Shown here in pieces: positions 19,473-31,022 of a stretch of 64,000 nt of DNA. Every line of letters starts with the position of its first letter. Within the stretch, counting starts at the first letter, position 1. The notes beneath the pieces were generated by a model. That model was not told the origin of the DNA. It was given only the letters and a program-made list of their open reading frames with translations, and did not search any database. Made by a program: the position numbers and the translations under genes. This DNA is from Nitrospirota bacterium (GTDB lineage: Bacteria > Nitrospirota > UBA9217), in the NCBI GenBank assembly GCA_963754875.1, contig CAVWHO010000020.1, positions 320,001 through 384,000 of the forward strand, written 5' to 3'.

Positions 19473-22015
19473 ACAAGCAAACACCTGTCATCAAGCCGAT
19501 CTACAGTATTCTCCCTGCGGACGTCGAGGGGTTCGACTCGCTGGCTGAGCTTGCCCTGGATCTGCGCTGGTCATGGAATCACATAGCCGATGAAGTGTGG
19601 CAACAGCTCGATCCCGACCTGTGGGATCTCACGCACAATCCCTGGGCTGTCCTGCAGACGGTTTCCCGGGACAAGCTTCAGCTCGTTTCAACCGATCCCG
19701 TTTTCCGCAAAAGCGTCGATGACCTCGTGCGAGCCCGGCGTCAGGCGGCGAAAGCCCCTGCGTGGTTTCAGCAAGAGCATGCGAAGTCTCCACTTACCCG
19801 AGTCGCGTATTTCAGCATGGAATTCATGCTGAGTGAAGCTCTGCCCATCTATTCCGGCGGACTGGGCAATGTGGCCGGCGATCAGCTCAAATCGGCCAGT
19901 GATCTGGGCGTGCCGGTGGTCGGTGTTGGTCTGCTCTACCAGCAAGGCTATTTCCGGCAGGTGCTCGACAAGGACGGAGCGCAACAGGCCCTTTTCCCCT
20001 ACAACGATCCCGGCCAATTGCCTATCACGCCGTTGCGTGAGGCGAATGGGGAGTGGTTGCGGCTGAAGCTCGACTTGCCCGGTTACCCGGTCTGGCTGCG
20101 CGCCTGGCAGGTCCAGGTCGGCCGTGTGTACCTTTACCTGCTCGACAGCAATGACCCCGCGAACATCCCTGCTCACCGGGGCATTACCAGCGAGCTCTAC
20201 GGGGGCGGGCCGGAGCTGCGGCTGAAACAAGAGATTATGCTTGGGATCGGCGGGTGGCGTTTGCTTAGTGCCCTTGGCATCCAGCCGGAAGTCTGTCACT
20301 TGAATGAAGGGCATGCCGCCTTCGCCATTTTGGAGCGGGCCCTGAGTTTCATGCAAGAGACAGGGCAGCCCTTCGAAGTGGCACTGGCCGTCACGCGAGC
20401 GGGCAATCTCTTCACCACCCATACAGCAGTGGCTGCCGGTTTTGACCGCTTTGCTCCGGCCCTCATCGAGCAATACCTCGGTGGTTATGCCGAGCAGAAA
20501 CTCGGTATCCCCCTCAGCGATCTGCTGGGACTCGGCCGCCGGAGCCCCGAAGACCAGTCGGAAAGCTTCAACATGGCCTATCTGGCGATCCGCGGAAGCG
20601 GGGCGGTCAATGGCGTGAGCCGTTTGCACGGAAAGGTGAGCCGGCAACTCTTTGAGCCTCTTTTTCCGCAGTGGCCGCAGGACGAAGTGCCGATCGGATC
20701 CGTGACCAACGGAGTTCACATGCCGAGCTGGGATTCGGCGCCAGCCGATGATCTTTGGACGGAAACCTGTGGAAAAGACCGTTGGCTGGGGACGACGGAA
20801 ACACTGGAGAAAGACATTCGCCGCATCTCTGACGCCAGGCTCTGGAAATTTCGTAGTGCTGCCGGAAAGTCTCTCGTCGAATACGCTCGCGAACAATTGT
20901 CCCGGCAACTGGCCGCTTCCGGCGCGTCACCCGAGGCGGTTAACGAGGCGAAGCACCTATTTGATCCCAACGCGTTGACGCTGGGCTTTGCACGCCGCTT
21001 CGCAACCTACAAGAGACCGAACCTGCTGCTGCACGATCCGGAGCGGCTGCTTCGCCTATTATCTGATCCAGAGCGCCCTGTACAGCTCATCATTGCCGGC
21101 AAGGCCCATCCGGCGGACCAGTCAGGGCAGTCTTTGATTCAGCAGTGGACCCATTTCATCCGACGCACAGAGGCGCGTCCCCATGTGATCTTCCTCAGTG
21201 ACTATGACATGCTTTTGACCGAACACCTGGTGCAGGGCGTAGATGTCTGGATCAACACGCCTCGCCGGCCCTGGGAGGCCTGCGGCACCAGCGGCATGAA
21301 GGTGCTCGTCAATGGAGGCATCAACCTGTCGGAGCTTGATGGCTGGTGGGCGGAAGCCTACACGCCTGAAGTGGGGTGGGCGTTGGGAGACGGCCTGGAA
21401 CATGGCGACGATCCCGCCTGGGATGCAGCCGAGGCCGGGGCACTCTACGACCTGCTCGAACGCCAAGTGATCCCCGAGTTCTATAATCGCGACAGGACCG
21501 GCATCCCCACTGCCTGGGTGGCGCGGATGCGAGAAAGCATGGCGTGTCTAACCCCGCGCTTCTCCGCCAACCGCGCGGTGCGCGAATACACTGAGCAACA
21601 CTACGTCCCGGCTGCTATAATTTATCGCAAACGAGCCGCAAGTCAAGGGGCCGTGGGCAGACAGGTGGTTGATTGGCGGCATAGGGTGGAGCAAAAATGG
21701 CCGACGCTCCACTTCGGCGAAGTGAAGATAGAGACCAACGGGAAACAGCATGTATTCGAGGTTCAGGTCTATCTCAATGACCTCGACCCCAAAGCGGTGC
21801 GTGTGGAACTTTATGCCGACGGCGTTAACGGCGGCGGTCCGGTGCGGCAGGAGATGAAGCGCGTTCGGCAGCTGGTGGGCATGTCGGGCGGCTTCGTGTA
21901 CACTGCGGCGGTGTCTGCGGTGCGCCCGGCGCCGGACTATACAGCGCGGGTGATACCGTACTTCTCCGGCGTTGCGGTTCCCTTGGAAGCCGATCCGATT
22001 CTCTGGCAGCGCTGA
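19469..22015 (+). CDS. glgP: Alpha-glucan (glycogen/starch) phosphorylase
   Basis: AYFSMEF, YSGGLG, HLNEGH, FARRFATYKR, EACGTSGMK PLP-lysine motif. Confidence 0.95.
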   Translation: MNKQTPVIKPIYSILPADVEGFDSLAELALDLRWSWNHIADEVWQQLDPDLWDLTHNPWAVLQTVSRDKLQLVSTDPVFRKSVDDLVRARRQAAKAPAWFQQEHAKSPLTRVAYFSMEFMLSEALPIYSGGLGNVAGDQLKSASDLGVPVVGVGLLYQQGYFRQVLDKDGAQQALFPYNDPGQLPITPLREANGEWLRLKLDLPGYPVWLRAWQVQVGRVYLYLLDSNDPANIPAHRGITSELYGGGPELRLKQEIMLGIGGWRLLSALGIQPEVCHLNEGHAAFAILERALSFMQETGQPFEVALAVTRAGNLFTTHTAVAAGFDRFAPALIEQYLGGYAEQKLGIPLSDLLGLGRRSPEDQSESFNMAYLAIRGSGAVNGVSRLHGKVSRQLFEPLFPQWPQDEVPIGSVTNGVHMPSWDSAPADDLWTETCGKDRWLGTTETLEKDIRRISDARLWKFRSAAGKSLVEYAREQLSRQLAASGASPEAVNEAKHLFDPNALTLGFARRFATYKRPNLLLHDPERLLRLLSDPERPVQLIIAGKAHPADQSGQSLIQQWTHFIRRTEARPHVIFLSDYDMLLTEHLVQGVDVWINTPRRPWEACGTSGMKVLVNGGINLSELDGWWAEAYTPEVGWALGDGLEHGDDPAWDAAEAGALYDLLERQVIPEFYNRDRTGIPTAWVARMRESMACLTPRFSANRAVREYTEQHYVPAAIIYRKRAASQGAVGRQVVDWRHRVEQKWPTLHFGEVKIETNGKQHVFEVQVYLNDLDPKAVRVELYADGVNGGGPVRQEMKRVRQLVGMSGGFVYTAAVSAVRPAPDYTARVIPYFSGVAVPLEADPILWQR

Positions 22016-22277
22016 GTTCTCGAAGGTATGATTGCTGATAAGAATTGTCTTGAATATAGTGTGCAATGATATATTGTTATTCTGAAACTAGGCGTATGGG
22101 CAAAACAGGCTATTATTAAAGAGCAGTAAACCATCTTAGGTTCTTTAGCTTCTTATGCGAGAGTGTCCAGTCATGAGCAGAAGAAAGATTTGGATGGGCG
22201 GCTTGAGCGGCTTTCTGCACTTGCTGCGTCTCCACCAATTTTCACCAATTTCCGCAAACAGCTCAGGAGACAAAAGC

Positions 22278-23705
22278 GTGACCAATACGCAACCACAACA
22301 ACTGCATGAAATCGGCATGGTCGGCCTGGGCGTCATGGGGCGTAATCTCGTGCTAAACATGGCTGACCACGGCTTTTCAGTGGTTGGCTACGACAGGGAA
22401 TCAAGCCAAGTCGAAGCTCTGCGGAAGGAAGCAGTCGAACGCAACATCCGCGGCGCGGTAAACATCCATGATTTCATTGCACTGCTTCGTAAACCGCGCG
22501 CAATAATGATGCTGGTGCCCGCAGGCGCTCCGGTGGATTCAGTTATCAGGGATCTGTTACCGCACTTGGACAGGGGCGATCTCATCATCGATGCCGGCAA
22601 CTCATACTTCAAAGATACCGACTTGCGCGCTAGCAGTTTGACCGCAAAAGGCATCCAATTCCTCGGTGTGGGCGTGTCGGGTGGTGAAGAAGGCGCGCGT
22701 CACGGACCGAGCATCATGCCAGGCGGGCCGAAAGAGGCTTACGAGAGGGTCCGTTCCGTCTTTGAAGCTGCTGCGGCGAAGGTCAACGGAGAGCCGTGCG
22801 TGACGTATCTCGGTCCCGGATCGGCAGGTCACTTTGTGAAGATGGTCCACAACGGCATTGAATACGGTGTCATGCAATTGATTGCTGAGGCTTACGACCT
22901 GATGAAACGCAGCTCTGGCTTGAACGACGATGAATTGCATGACGTGTTCAGCTCATGGAACAAGGGTGAACTGAATGGCTACCTGATGGAAATCACCAGT
23001 CATATTTTTTCCAAAAAGGACGAGAAAACCGGCAAACGAATGGTCGACGAAATACTCGACGTGGCTAAACAGAAAGGCACCGGGATGTGGACCTCGCAGA
23101 GTGCAATGGAGCTGCAAGTGCCGATCCCGACCATCGATCTAGCAGTTGCGATGCGGGACTTGTCTGTGTTCGCGAAGGAACGGCAACAAGCCGGCGCGAT
23201 CTATCAGCGGTCCCGGCGGCGCTCCACCAGCGACCGCGAGGCGTTTCTTACGCAACTGGGCAGCGCGCTATTTGCCGGGATGATTATCATCTACGCACAA
23301 GGCCTGGCGCTTTTGGCGGTTGCTTCAGAAAAATACGAGTATCACCTGGACCTTGAAGCCGTGACGCGGATCTGGCGGGGCGGCTGTATCATCCGGGCCG
23401 CGTTGCTGGAAGATATCTGCGCGGCTTTCCACGTAAGGCGTGATCTGCCGAATCTGTTGCTCGACCCAAACCTGTCGAAGAAGGTCATGACACATCAGGA
23501 ATATCTGCGTCAAGTGGTATGCCACGCAGCCGAATTAGGGGTGCCGGTCCCGGGTTTGATGGTTTCATTGGGTTATCTCGACGCCTATCGCAGCGCCTGG
23601 CTACCGGCAAATCTGATTCAGGCCCAGCGCGACTATTTCGGGGCCCACACCTATGAGCGGATAGATGCCAAAGGAACGTTTCACACGGAATGGGAGAAGG
23701 AGTGA
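22278..23705 (+). CDS. gndA: NADP-dependent 6-phosphogluconate dehydrogenase
   Basis: GLGVMGRNL, VSGGEEGA, KMVHNGIEY, QKGTG, QRDYFGAHTY. GTG 22278 follows AGGAG. Confidence 0.95.
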   Translation: MTNTQPQQLHEIGMVGLGVMGRNLVLNMADHGFSVVGYDRESSQVEALRKEAVERNIRGAVNIHDFIALLRKPRAIMMLVPAGAPVDSVIRDLLPHLDRGDLIIDAGNSYFKDTDLRASSLTAKGIQFLGVGVSGGEEGARHGPSIMPGGPKEAYERVRSVFEAAAAKVNGEPCVTYLGPGSAGHFVKMVHNGIEYGVMQLIAEAYDLMKRSSGLNDDELHDVFSSWNKGELNGYLMEITSHIFSKKDEKTGKRMVDEILDVAKQKGTGMWTSQSAMELQVPIPTIDLAVAMRDLSVFAKERQQAGAIYQRSRRRSTSDREAFLTQLGSALFAGMIIIYAQGLALLAVASEKYEYHLDLEAVTRIWRGGCIIRAALLEDICAAFHVRRDLPNLLLDPNLSKKVMTHQEYLRQVVCHAAELGVPVPGLMVSLGYLDAYRSAWLPANLIQAQRDYFGAHTYERIDAKGTFHTEWEKE

Positions 23706-23710
23706 GAAGC

Positions 23711-25246
23711 ATGCCGACGAATGATCGACTCGAACCGACTGTGTTCATCATTTTTGGTGGAGCCGGCGACCTTACCTGGCGGAAGCTCGTGCCGGCCCTG
23801 TTTGATCTCTCCCAGGACAGAAGTATTCCGGCTGATTTTTCGATCATCGCAGTTGATCGCGTTGAATTGAGCGACGAAAAGATGCGTCGGCGTTTCCACG
23901 ACGGCATCAAGAAGTTCTCGCGCCAGAGAATGGTAAAAACCGGTGATTGGGCGGAGTTTGCAAAGCATATCCGCTACCAGCAGGGCGATTTCAAGAAACT
24001 GCAAACGTATAAGACCCTGGGCGAACAATGCGCGAAACTGGAAAAGGAATGGGGCGCCAAAGCCCACCGCATCTTTTACATGGCCACACCACCTGGCATG
24101 CTCGGCGAAATCCCTAAATACCTCGGCAAGGCCGGACTGGCGAGTGACCGGAAATGGACGCGGATAGTGGTTGAGAAACCGATCGGCCATGACCTGGAAT
24201 CGGCCCGGGCCCTGAATGCCATCCTCGCTGCAAATTTTGAGGAGTGCCAGATCTTCCGCATCGACCATTATTTGGGCAAGGAAACAGTGCAGAACATTCT
24301 GGCGTTCCGCTTCGCCAATCCTCTCTTCGAGCCGATCTGGAACCGCCGTTATGTGGATTGTGTAACCATCACCGCTGCCGAAGCAGTGGGTGTCGAACAT
24401 CGGGGCGGATATTATGACCACGCCGGAGCCTTGCGCGACATGGTGCAGAATCACCTGATGCAACTGCTCTGTCTGGTTGCGATGGAACCGATGGTCTCCT
24501 TCGAAGCCGACGAGATTCGCAATAAAAAAGTGGACGTCCTCCACGCCGTTCGTCCGATTCATCCTGACGAAGTCCATCAATGCGTCGTGCGTGGGCAATA
24601 CGGCCAGGGTCGGGCCGGCAGTAAAAAAATTCCTGGTTACCGTGAAGAGGACGGCGTGTCGCCTGATTCCCAAACAGAGACGTTTGTCGCACTCAGGCTG
24701 TTCGTCGACAACTGGCGCTGGCAGGGCGTGCCTTTCTACCTCCGGACGGGAAAGCGGCTCACCAGGCAGGCCTCGGAAATTACGATCCAGTTTCGCGGAG
24801 TGCCGCATCAATCGTTTCCGGCCGAGTCCACTCTCGATTGGCAGGCATCCCGACTGGTGATGTCTATCCAGCCCGACGAAGGCATCGTGCTGAGCTTTCA
24901 GGCCAAAAATCCCGGGCCAAAGATGCACCTGCGCTCCGTGGAGATGCAGTTCAATTACCAGGACGCCTTCGCCGCCCGGTCGCCTGACGCTTATGAAACG
25001 TTGCTCTGGGACGTAATGAAGAATGACGCGACATTGTTCATGCGCGCCGATCAGGTGGAGGCCGCCTGGCGGTTGTTGATGCCGGTGATCGAGGTCTGGG
25101 CCGCGGCTCCGCCCGGTGATTTCCCCAATTACGCCGCTGGCGCCTGGGGACCAGAGGACGCTCAGGGACTGCTTGCTCAAGGCCACAGCTGGCCGGTTCC
25201 TACTGAATTGGCTGGACATTGCGAGAAGAAGGGTAAGGATTCGTGA
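23711..25246 (+). CDS. zwf: Glucose-6-phosphate 1-dehydrogenase
   Basis: IFGGAGDL, EKPIG, RIDHYLGKE, RDMVQNH, RWQGVPFYLRTGK. Confidence 0.95.
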   Translation: MPTNDRLEPTVFIIFGGAGDLTWRKLVPALFDLSQDRSIPADFSIIAVDRVELSDEKMRRRFHDGIKKFSRQRMVKTGDWAEFAKHIRYQQGDFKKLQTYKTLGEQCAKLEKEWGAKAHRIFYMATPPGMLGEIPKYLGKAGLASDRKWTRIVVEKPIGHDLESARALNAILAANFEECQIFRIDHYLGKETVQNILAFRFANPLFEPIWNRRYVDCVTITAAEAVGVEHRGGYYDHAGALRDMVQNHLMQLLCLVAMEPMVSFEADEIRNKKVDVLHAVRPIHPDEVHQCVVRGQYGQGRAGSKKIPGYREEDGVSPDSQTETFVALRLFVDNWRWQGVPFYLRTGKRLTRQASEITIQFRGVPHQSFPAESTLDWQASRLVMSIQPDEGIVLSFQAKNPGPKMHLRSVEMQFNYQDAFAARSPDAYETLLWDVMKNDATLFMRADQVEAAWRLLMPVIEVWAAAPPGDFPNYAAGAWGPEDAQGLLAQGHSWPVPTELAGHCEKKGKDS

Positions 25247-25262
25247 TTCGGTATAGAACGCA

Positions 25263-25340
25263 ATGCCCGATCAACCTAGAATTCTAGTCATCAACATCGG
25301 CGGCACACATGTGATGAGCTGGCCATGGCCCCACGCGTAA
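25263..25340 (+). pseudogene. 5' remnant of a ROK/polyphosphate-glucokinase-like gene
   Basis: Translates MPDQPRILVINIGGTHVM..., matching the ILVIDIGGTHVK N-terminal phosphate loop, then stops after 25 codons. Confidence 0.5.
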
Positions 25341-25415
25341 AACGCCACAGCGGTTTGATGCGGGCGTTTCGGGCATGCTGGGATCAAAGGCCTTAACAGG
25401 GGACAGGATAGCACT

Positions 25416-26594
25416 ATGCGCATTTTAACCATCAACAGCGGTTCGTCGAGCATCAAATTCTCCCTCTATGGCATGGAGCCTGAGGAAACATTGATGCTCT
25501 CGGGAAGCATCGCAGGAATCGGGACAGCAACAGGCCGATTCCATGTTGCCTCGCCGAATGGGACCGCCAGGATAGAAGCGGAACGAAAGTTCCAGAACCA
25601 CGTTGAAGCGTTAGACGTAATCATGGCTTGGCTTAGTGGAAGCGCGGAAGGCCGCACACTTGATGCGATCGGCCACCGCCTGGTGCACGGCGGAAGCGCT
25701 TATATCAGACCGAACCTGATCGATGCGCAGCTGCTGGTGGCACTCGATGCGCTGATTCCCTTTGCCCCCGACCATCTGCCCCACGAAATCGATGCGATCA
25801 AGGCGTGCGCACGGTTCTATCCCGGCGCCAGGCAGGTTGGCTGTTTCGACACGGCGTTCCATCGCACCATGCCCGGCGTGGCACAGCGCTATGCGCTCCC
25901 CGAAGAGGTGCAGCGTCACGGCGTGCTGCGGTACGGCTTTCATGGTCTGTCCTACGAATACATCCTGAGTGAATTGCGGAACATCGCAGGTGCACAAGCG
26001 GCCGACAACAGGGTGATCATCGCCCACCTGGGAAACGGGGCGAGCATGGGCGCTTTCAAAAACGGAAAGAGCATGGACACGACCATGGGGTTCACGCCCG
26101 CGGGGGGGCTTATGATGAGTACGCGCTCCGGCGATCTGGACCCCGGCGTGATCGTGTACCTGCTCAAGGACAAAGGTATGGACGCAGCCGCGATCAACCG
26201 GATGGTGAACAAGGAGGCCGGCCTTCTCGGCGTATCGGGAACGAGCCCCGACATGAAGGACCTGCTCGCGCAGGAAGCAGCGGATCCGCGCGCTGCCGCG
26301 GCAGTGGAGCTGTTCTGCTACCAGGCGAAAAAATTCCTCGGCGCTCTGGCCGCGGTGCTGAGCGGGTTCGACACGCTGATTTTCACCGGCGGCATCGGCG
26401 AGAACGCCGCTCCGGTCCGGGAGCGCATCTGCGGGGGCTTGGAATTTCTTGGAATTCACATCGACAAGGAGCGTAATCTCGGGAACGAACCGATCATATC
26501 GCGCGACGACGGCCCTGCCGTCGTCCGGGTGATGAAAACGAACGAGGAACTGATGATCGCCCGGCATACGTATCGTCTCATTAATAATATCTGA
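25416..26594 (+). CDS. ackA: Acetate kinase
   Basis: INSGSSSIK, GHRLVHGG, FDTAFH, RYGFHGLS, HLGNGAS, TRSGDLDPG, FTGGIGEN, TNEELMIA. Confidence 0.95.
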   Translation: MRILTINSGSSSIKFSLYGMEPEETLMLSGSIAGIGTATGRFHVASPNGTARIEAERKFQNHVEALDVIMAWLSGSAEGRTLDAIGHRLVHGGSAYIRPNLIDAQLLVALDALIPFAPDHLPHEIDAIKACARFYPGARQVGCFDTAFHRTMPGVAQRYALPEEVQRHGVLRYGFHGLSYEYILSELRNIAGAQAADNRVIIAHLGNGASMGAFKNGKSMDTTMGFTPAGGLMMSTRSGDLDPGVIVYLLKDKGMDAAAINRMVNKEAGLLGVSGTSPDMKDLLAQEAADPRAAAAVELFCYQAKKFLGALAAVLSGFDTLIFTGGIGENAAPVRERICGGLEFLGIHIDKERNLGNEPIISRDDGPAVVRVMKTNEELMIARHTYRLINNI

Positions 26595-26615
26595 AATGCC
26601 TGACAGGAGGCCGTC

Positions 26616-29009
26616 ATGACCAAAGCACTCTCCGATGAACAACGCGAAGCCATACATGCGTACTGGCGCGCGGCGAATTATCTTTCCGTGGGCCAGATCT
26701 ATCTCTACGATAATCCGTTGCTCAAAGAGCCGCTGAGGCTGGAGCACATCAAGCCGCGGCTCCTGGGCCACTGGGGCACCACCCCGGGCCTCAACTTCAT
26801 CTATGTCCACCTGAACCGAGTGATCAAGGAACGCGACCTCAACGTCATCTTTATCTGCGGCCCGGGCCATGGGGGCCCGGGCATGGTGGCGAACACGTAC
26901 CTGGAAGGAACGTACAGCGAATTCTACTCCCACATCACCCAGAACGCGGAGGGGATGCGGAAGCTCTTCAAACAGTTTTCCTTTCCCGGCGGGATCCCGA
27001 GCCATGCGGCCCCGGAAACGCCCGGCTCCATTCACGAGGGAGGGGAACTGGGGTATTCGCTCTCTCACGCCTATGGAGCCGCTTTCGACAATCCCGATCT
27101 CATTGTTGCCTGCGTGGTGGGCGACGGCGAGGCAGAGACCGGCCCCCTTGCCACGGCGTGGCATTCGAACAAATTCCTGAACCCGGCCACTGACGGCGCC
27201 GTGCTGCCGATCCTGCACCTGAACGGCTACAAGATCGCGAACCCCACAGTCCTGGCTAGGATCAGTCACGGGGAACTGGAGGACCTCTTTACCGGATACG
27301 GATATCATCCCTATTTTGTCGAGGGCTCGGACCCAGTGGTCATGCATGAGAAAATGGCCGAGACCCTCGACACCGTGATAGGTGAGATCCAGTCGATCCA
27401 GAGCAAGGCCCGCAGCGGCGGTGCGGTGGAACGTCCGCGTTGGCCCATGATCATCATGCGAACACCCAAGGGGTGGACAGGCCCGAAGGAAGTCGACGGA
27501 AAAAAGACAGAGGGATTCTGGCGTTCGCACCAGGTCCCCTTTGCCGATATGGACAAGCCGGAGCATGTGAAGCTGCTCGAAGAGTGGATGAAGAGCTATA
27601 AGCCGGAGGAGCTGTTTGACGAGAACGGCCGGTTCATCCCGAAACTGGCAGCGCTTGCCCCACGCGGAAACCGCCGCATGGGAGCCAATCCCCATGCCAA
27701 CGGCGGCCGGCTTCTCATAGATCTGAATATGCCCGATTTTCGGGACTATGCCGTTGCGGTGCCGAAGCCCGGCAAGGTCCAGGCCGAGGCCACGAGGATC
27801 ATGGGCGATTTTTTACGGGACATCGTGAAGCTCAACAAAGACAGCAGGAACTTCCGGGTCGTGGGCCCCGATGAAACAGCCTCGAACCGGCTCAGTGCGC
27901 TGTTCGAAGCAACGAACCGGGTGTGGATGGCGGACAGGATCCCCGAAGACGAGAGCCTTGCGCCCGAAGGCAGGGTGATGGAGATCCTGAGCGAACACAC
28001 CTGCCAGGGCTGGCTTGAAGGCTATCTTCTGACCGGCAGACACGGACTCTTCTCCTGCTACGAGGCCTTTATTCATATCGTCGACTCCATGTTCAACCAG
28101 CACGCCAAGTGGCTCAAAGTCACGAAGAACGAGATCCCCTGGCGCCGGCCCATCGCCTCCCTGAACTATCTGCTCACGTCCCACGTCTGGCGCCAGGACC
28201 ACAACGGCTTCAGTCACCAGGATCCCGGTTTCATCGACATGGTTGTGAACAAGAAAGCCGACGTCATTCGCGTGTACCTGCCGCCCGACGCGAACACCCT
28301 CCTGTCCATCACCGACCACTGCCTCCGGAGTCGCAACTACATCAACGTTATCGTGGCAGGCAAACAGCCCGAGGCGCAGTGGCTCGACATGGAGTCCGCG
28401 GTCAAGCACTGTTCCGCGGGGATCGGCATCTGGGAGTGGGCAAGCAATGACAAAGGCGCAGAGCCGGACGTGGTCATGGCCTGCGCAGGGGACGTGCCGA
28501 CGCTCGAGACACTTGCTGCAGTCGAGCTCCTGCGGCAATACGCGCCGGACCTCAAAATCCGGGTCATCAACGTGGTCGACCTGATGACGCTCCAGCCGAA
28601 GGAGGAGCATCCCCACGGCCTTTCGGACAGGGACTTCGACACGCTCTTCACAATGGACGCACCTATCATCTTCGCATTCCACGGCTATCCCTGGTTGATC
28701 CACCGGTTGACCTACCGGAGGACGAACCACAAAAACCTCCACGTGCGCGGGTACAAGGAGGAGGGGACCACGACCACACCGTTTGACATGGTGGTAAGGA
28801 ACGACCTGGACCGTTTTCATCTCATGTCCGACGTGATCGACCGCGTGCCGAAGCTCGTCTCCATCGCCGCGTACGCCAAACAGGCCGTGCGCGACAAACT
28901 GGTAGAACACCGGGAGTACATTACGAAGTACGGCGAAGATATGCCCGAGATCAGGGAATGGACCTGGAAGGGGCCGAGGTCGCAGGGGACCGCCATACAC
29001 GGCAACTAG
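26616..29009 (+). CDS. xfp: Xylulose-5-phosphate/fructose-6-phosphate phosphoketolase
   Basis: [56 protein letters not shown]. Confidence 0.95.
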   Translation: MTKALSDEQREAIHAYWRAANYLSVGQIYLYDNPLLKEPLRLEHIKPRLLGHWGTTPGLNFIYVHLNRVIKERDLNVIFICGPGHGGPGMVANTYLEGTYSEFYSHITQNAEGMRKLFKQFSFPGGIPSHAAPETPGSIHEGGELGYSLSHAYGAAFDNPDLIVACVVGDGEAETGPLATAWHSNKFLNPATDGAVLPILHLNGYKIANPTVLARISHGELEDLFTGYGYHPYFVEGSDPVVMHEKMAETLDTVIGEIQSIQSKARSGGAVERPRWPMIIMRTPKGWTGPKEVDGKKTEGFWRSHQVPFADMDKPEHVKLLEEWMKSYKPEELFDENGRFIPKLAALAPRGNRRMGANPHANGGRLLIDLNMPDFRDYAVAVPKPGKVQAEATRIMGDFLRDIVKLNKDSRNFRVVGPDETASNRLSALFEATNRVWMADRIPEDESLAPEGRVMEILSEHTCQGWLEGYLLTGRHGLFSCYEAFIHIVDSMFNQHAKWLKVTKNEIPWRRPIASLNYLLTSHVWRQDHNGFSHQDPGFIDMVVNKKADVIRVYLPPDANTLLSITDHCLRSRNYINVIVAGKQPEAQWLDMESAVKHCSAGIGIWEWASNDKGAEPDVVMACAGDVPTLETLAAVELLRQYAPDLKIRVINVVDLMTLQPKEEHPHGLSDRDFDTLFTMDAPIIFAFHGYPWLIHRLTYRRTNHKNLHVRGYKEEGTTTTPFDMVVRNDLDRFHLMSDVIDRVPKLVSIAAYAKQAVRDKLVEHREYITKYGEDMPEIREWTWKGPRSQGTAIHGN

Positions 29010-29122
29010 GCCTGGCCGCATGTGCCTGAAGCACGACGACGTATGACGGTGGCAGGGGAAAAGGACATCCTCAAACGGGCTGCGGGGAGGAAATCATAAA
29101 AAAGACTTTTGACTTTCGGTTC

Positions 29123-30901
29123 ATGCGACCCATGAGAAAAGCGGGCTTTCTGTTCCTTGCCGCTCTGACCGGCGTGATCGCCGGACTGGGCGCAGTGGTC
29201 TTTCGCGCGCTCATCGCCTTCGTTCACAACGGACTCTTTTACGGCAGGCTCTCGACCGTCTACGATGCAAACGTGCACACGGCTGCAAGTATGTGGGGGC
29301 CCTTCGTTATTCTCGTGCCGGTGATCGGATCGCTGGGAGTGACCTTTCTGGTCACGCATTTTGCTTCCGAAGCGAAGGGACACGGGGTACCCGAGGTGAT
29401 GGACGCCGTGTACTACGGCAAGGGCGTCGTCCGTCCTCTCGTCGCCGTAATCAAGTCCCTTGCCTCGGCGCTTTCCATCGGCAGCGGTGGGTCCGTGGGG
29501 AGAGAGGGGCCGATCGCTCAGATCGGCTCGGCCTTCGGGTCCACCCTAGGCCAGATCTTAACCATGACGACGAAGCAGCGCATCACCCTGATCGCCGCCG
29601 GCGCGGGAGGGGGCATCGCGGCGACTTTCAACACGCCCATTGGCGGTATCCTGTTCGCTGTCGAGCTCCTGCTGCACGAAGTGAGCGTAGCCACGCTGGT
29701 GCCCGTCGCGGTCACAACGGTCACGGCAACGTACGTGGGGCAGCTTTTCTTCGGTGTCCATCCGTCCTTCGTCATCCCGGCGCTGCAGCAACCCTATTTC
29801 CACCCGCTCAATCCCTTGCTCCTCGCCCCTTACGCGGCCCTCGGCGTGCTCATGGGCCTGGCTTCGGCGGTGTATATCCATTCGCTCTACCTGGCCGAGG
29901 ACTTTTTCGAGAAACATACCGTGGCGAATCCCTATCTGCAACATGGGGTGGGCATGCTGGCCGTAGGAGGGCTGATGTACGTCCTGCTGACCACGACGGG
30001 AAATTATTATGTCGACGGCGTCGGCTACTCGACGATCCAGGACATCCTGACCGGAAAGATGAACACCGTACACATCCTCGTGCTGCTGTTCTTCATGAAG
30101 CTTCTTGCGACATCTCTCACCCTGGGGTCAGGAGGCTCGGGCGGAATTTTTTCGCCGTCCCTGTTCCTGGGTGCAACCGCCGGAGGCGCTTTCGGGATCG
30201 TTCTCCAGCATCTGTTTCCGCATACGCCGGTCAGTCCGACAGCCTTCGCCGTGGCGGGCATGGCAGGCATGGTGGGCGGCGCCACCGGCGCGGCCATGAC
30301 GGCGATCGTCATGATCTTCGAGATGACCCTCGATTACAGCGTTATTCTGCCGATGACAATGACCGTGGTACTAAGCTATGGCACCCGTACGCTGCTCACA
30401 CGGGAAAGCATCTATACGATGAAGCTCGCACGCCGGGAACACTACATTCCCGCGGCGCTCCAGGCGAACCTGCTCCATGTCCGGCGTGCGCGGGACATAA
30501 TGGAGAAACCGCTCGGGACCGTATCAGTATCGGACAGTCTGGATGTTCTTGCCCGCCGCACCGCGGAGCACGCGGAGGTGGGATGGTTCCTCGTCGTCGA
30601 GGTCGGCCATGTTGCGGGCATTGTGCCGGGGGACTATGCGTTATCCGCCCCTGAGACCGAGCGCAGAGGCTGGCACTCCGTGGCCGACGTGATGCGGCGC
30701 GACTTCATTCATGCCCGCGTGGACGAGACCATGGACAGCATCGTCGCACGCATGCACCGGCCGCACGCCGCAGTGGCGCTCGTGCTCAGATATCCGGGAT
30801 CGCCGCCCTCCGTCGGTGACGTCGTGGGCATTATCTCCTGGGAGCGTGTCGCGGAACTGCTGGAGGAGACTGTTGAACTGTTTTCGGAAGCTCGGGAATA
30901 G
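29123..30901 (+). CDS. CLC chloride channel/antiporter with C-terminal CBS pair
   Basis: GHGVPE, GREGP, ATFNTPIGG, GIFSP, IFEMT, SIYT, followed by a CBS-like tail. Confidence 0.9.
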   Translation: MRPMRKAGFLFLAALTGVIAGLGAVVFRALIAFVHNGLFYGRLSTVYDANVHTAASMWGPFVILVPVIGSLGVTFLVTHFASEAKGHGVPEVMDAVYYGKGVVRPLVAVIKSLASALSIGSGGSVGREGPIAQIGSAFGSTLGQILTMTTKQRITLIAAGAGGGIAATFNTPIGGILFAVELLLHEVSVATLVPVAVTTVTATYVGQLFFGVHPSFVIPALQQPYFHPLNPLLLAPYAALGVLMGLASAVYIHSLYLAEDFFEKHTVANPYLQHGVGMLAVGGLMYVLLTTTGNYYVDGVGYSTIQDILTGKMNTVHILVLLFFMKLLATSLTLGSGGSGGIFSPSLFLGATAGGAFGIVLQHLFPHTPVSPTAFAVAGMAGMVGGATGAAMTAIVMIFEMTLDYSVILPMTMTVVLSYGTRTLLTRESIYTMKLARREHYIPAALQANLLHVRRARDIMEKPLGTVSVSDSLDVLARRTAEHAEVGWFLVVEVGHVAGIVPGDYALSAPETERRGWHSVADVMRRDFIHARVDETMDSIVARMHRPHAAVALVLRYPGSPPSVGDVVGIISWERVAELLEETVELFSEARE

Positions 30902-31022
30902 CCTCTTCCCTTCTCCTGATCGAAGAAGGACTGTCCTGCACGTGAAAATCCCCGCCCTGAAAATGTGATCGAAGAAGACCTTCAAGCCTTGCGAAGTGCA
31001 GCATCCTCGCGCAACTTCGCTC

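Noticed and set aside
25611..27695. 694-aa minus-strand ORF, and similar long ORFs at 19688-20908, 23681-25219, 27813-29021 and 36038-37156
   Set aside because: Antisense shadows of well-supported GC3-rich genes (ackA/xfp, glgP, zwf, RND permease). No motifs.
29293..30654. 453-aa alternative-frame ORF within the CLC gene
   Set aside because: Arg/Gly/Pro-rich off-frame product of high-GC coding DNA.
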